Positions 26,744 through 28,935 of a DNA stretch of 28,935 nucleotides are shown in pieces. Position 1 is the stretch's first letter, and every line of letters begins with the position of its first letter. A model generated the notes under the pieces. The model saw only the letters and a program-made list of their open reading frames with translations, made no database searches and was not told the origin of the DNA. The stretch is taken from positions 1 to 28,935 of IMG/VR virus record IMGVR_UViG_3300020414_002214; one strand, written 5' to 3'. Both the position numbers and the translations under genes were made by a program. The stretch is from a virus (lineage: Duplodnaviria; Caudoviricetes).

Positions 26744-27031
26744 TTATTGCTGTGGCGGTATTCCCATTTTAGCTTGGTTCCATTGCATACCTTGATTGGT
26801 CATTCCGAACCTAGACATCCAGTTCTGAACACGGACTTGTTCATTTGGATTGTTCATCAGCTCTAGTGCACGAGCGCCCATTTCACCAGCCATCCGGCTA
26901 TTTCCTTTTGATAGCTCTGTGCCACCCCTGGGCTGACTTGCACCCTCAATAGTTGCAAAAGTTTCAGGCGTTTCTACAGAAGCATCACGATTAGCTTGAC
27001 CTTGTTGAAGTGATTCCTTTGAGAATTCCAT
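26744..27031 (-). CDS. Small hypothetical protein
   Basis: 95 aa, TGATG-coupled to the upstream gene. Confidence 0.65.
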   Translation of the reverse strand: MEFSKESLQQGQANRDASVETPETFATIEGASQPRGGTELSKGNSRMAGEMGARALELMNNPNEQVRVQNWMSRFGMTNQGMQWNQAKMGIPPQQ

Positions 27032-28935
27032 CAGACTGCCTCCTGCTGTTCATTGTCTGTAAGCGCATCTAGTCCCAGTACTGAGGCTAAGACTGCTCCG
27101 CTAACTACACCAGCGTCCCTCATTGCAATATTACGGTATGCACGATTCCGGAAGTTCTCTCTGTTCTTCTTACGTCTTCCTGCAATAGAAGATGGACCTT
27201 CAGGTGCACTCATGTAATTACGAGTACTTGGCTCAGGTCCTTGATTAGGACCATCCAGGCTGAACAGCTCTCGACGCATATCTTCTGGCATTGGGCCGCC
27301 AGCATCAGACATCGGTGCCGGTTGATTGCCAGTAGGAACTCCAGGATCAGGTGCAATAGACGGTGCTACTGGTGCCTGCTGAGTGGGCTGTGGGTTGGTA
27401 CCAGATTCAATCCGGTTTCTCGCCTCGGCAAAGAATTGATCATCCATGTTGTTACGGAAGGGTGTTTGACCCATTACCGCTGCTTCTCGCTTGGCTCGAT
27501 CTGCCAGATACCGTTGCTCAACTCCTGCAGCTGCTGCAGCCTGGCTAGCGCCGTACTGACGTGCAAGAGCCGCTTCACCACGTCCACGGTCTTTACCCCT
27601 AATAAAGGCAGCCCTAGGAGCTCCTTCGTTTGCCAGGGCACCGATCAGAGGACGTTGTGCATCTTCCCTTGCCATACGTGCACCTTCAATCATCTGCTTG
27701 GCGTCTGGCATCAGGTTTCCGTTCTCATCAAGCAGCTTCCCGCTGTCACGGAGCGACCGAACCAGTGCTTCTTCGCTAATACCAGCCAGTCCAGCTCGTA
27801 CGCTCTTGGCTTGCTTGCCACGACCCACTTTTTCGTTCTTAATCTTCTGAAGAGCGGATCCGCCGTCTGGACGCATCTCACCAACGTTCATTTTCAGATC
27901 ATCACGCTGATTTACTGCTCGATCTTGACGTCCAGCAAAAGCTTGCTTATCTGCTTGATTAATATCGACTTTTGATGCAGCTTCGCCTTGATACAGGGCG
28001 TTTGCTAGCCGTGAACTCTCCGAATCGCTGTATCCGAGCTTATAGAGCACGTCTTCAACTGCTGGCTCGGCTACTCCAACGGTTTTACGTGTTTCGGGGT
28101 CGAAACGGAAGAATGTATCGCCTTGACTTTGACCACGAGCAATAATTGCACCCATAGCTTCATCGAAGTCAGCCAGGGTCCTTGGATTACCGATATTTTC
28201 ATATCCGTAGCCTTTCAACCCACGAATGCGGTCACCAAGCAGTGCCATCTCATCATTGATGCCTACTTGAGGGAATCCGAAGGTAGTTCCGCCTTCACGT
28301 CCATAAGCAGGGAGGTTACGGCTAATAAAATCCTGTCCAGGAGTGGGTTTTGGAGCATTCAGCATCTGATCGCTTGAATCGACGTTCACTTCGCCAAGCT
28401 GGACCAGGCTTGAGTCCTCATATCCGTAATACTCACGCACTCGACCGTCTTTGTCGGTTAGAGGGATGGCTGTACCGAATTCAGAGGGATTTACAGCTTG
28501 TACGACTTGGAAATTGCCAACAGCGTCGTGACTGGCGAAAGGCATTGCTCCACCAAGGCTACGAATCTCGTTAATACGCCCAATATCAGCATCTGCAAGC
28601 TGTCTAGGCAGTCCGCCGAACTTATTGCGAATTTCAGAAGCTTCACGAGCAGCTTTTGCGTCATTGATCATCGCAGCAGCTTCAGGACCACCTCGTTTGC
28701 CACGTGCACGGCGTCCTTCCATCTCCTGAGTCAATGCTGAAGCCAATTCGACGTCACGATCGAATCGTTTGCCTCCTTGCAGTCCTTCTTCTGGGCGAGC
28801 TTCCCGAACACGACGTGAAATACGCTGATTGATCTCTTGATCGGTCAAATCTCCACGACGAACCCTTCGATCTTCAGCAGCGGTACGTTCTGCCTGACGA
28901 CGATCAGATTCTTTGCCAATAGTTCCCTTTAAACG
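27031..28935 (-). CDS. Large candidate internal virion protein, 5'-truncated
   Basis: The frame stays open upstream of the TTG at 28848 to the window edge (RLKGTIGKESDRRQAERTAAEDRRVRRGDL). R/A/G-rich, with a hydrophobic segment near the C-terminus. Confidence 0.75.
   Translation of the reverse strand, partial: RLKGTIGKESDRRQAERTAAEDRRVRRGDLTDQEINQRISRRVREARPEEGLQGGKRFDRDVELASALTQEMEGRRARGKRGGPEAAAMINDAKAAREASEIRNKFGGLPRQLADADIGRINEIRSLGGAMPFASHDAVGNFQVVQAVNPSEFGTAIPLTDKDGRVREYYGYEDSSLVQLGEVNVDSSDQMLNAPKPTPGQDFISRNLPAYGREGGTTFGFPQVGINDEMALLGDRIRGLKGYGYENIGNPRTLADFDEAMGAIIARGQSQGDTFFRFDPETRKTVGVAEPAVEDVLYKLGYSDSESSRLANALYQGEAASKVDINQADKQAFAGRQDRAVNQRDDLKMNVGEMRPDGGSALQKIKNEKVGRGKQAKSVRAGLAGISEEALVRSLRDSGKLLDENGNLMPDAKQMIEGARMAREDAQRPLIGALANEGAPRAAFIRGKDRGRGEAALARQYGASQAAAAAGVEQRYLADRAKREAAVMGQTPFRNNMDDQFFAEARNRIESGTNPQPTQQAPVAPSIAPDPGVPTGNQPAPMSDAGGPMPEDMRRELFSLDGPNQGPEPSTRNYMSAPEGPSSIAGRRKKNRENFRNRAYRNIAMRDAGVVSGAVLASVLGLDALTDNEQQEAV

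Noticed and set aside
1-28935. Diversity-generating retroelement, invertase, tRNA or integrase
   Set aside because: No reverse transcriptase, recombinase, adenine-variable repeat pair or tRNA cloverleaf was recognised in this window.

Overview
A 29-kb fragment of a tailed dsDNA phage (or prophage) genome, almost all on the minus strand, covering the virion-morphogenesis region. It carries a terminase large subunit, a candidate small subunit, portal, scaffold, major capsid protein, candidate decoration and head-completion proteins, tail-fibre genes and a block of Ala/Gly-rich candidate internal/ejection proteins. I see no tail tube, sheath or tape-measure gene, so it looks podovirus-like, although such genes could lie outside the window. 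A cyanobacterial-type group-2 RpoD-like sigma factor suggests a picocyanobacterial host (inference). The most notable unexplained patterns are: (1) a short R-[F/L/M]-A-G peptide tag shared by many unrelated small proteins; (2) a shared ~75-aa module found in three genes, two of which carry different enzyme cargoes (lysozyme, S74 autocleaving chaperone); (3) a -10-only TANA(A/C)T promoter about 20-35 nt upstream of most genes, next to a sigma factor with an altered -35-reading helix; (4) a 458-nt dual-frame overlap between portal and scaffold; (5) a tail fibre with swappable inserted domains. All assignments come from reading motifs by eye; no searches were run.
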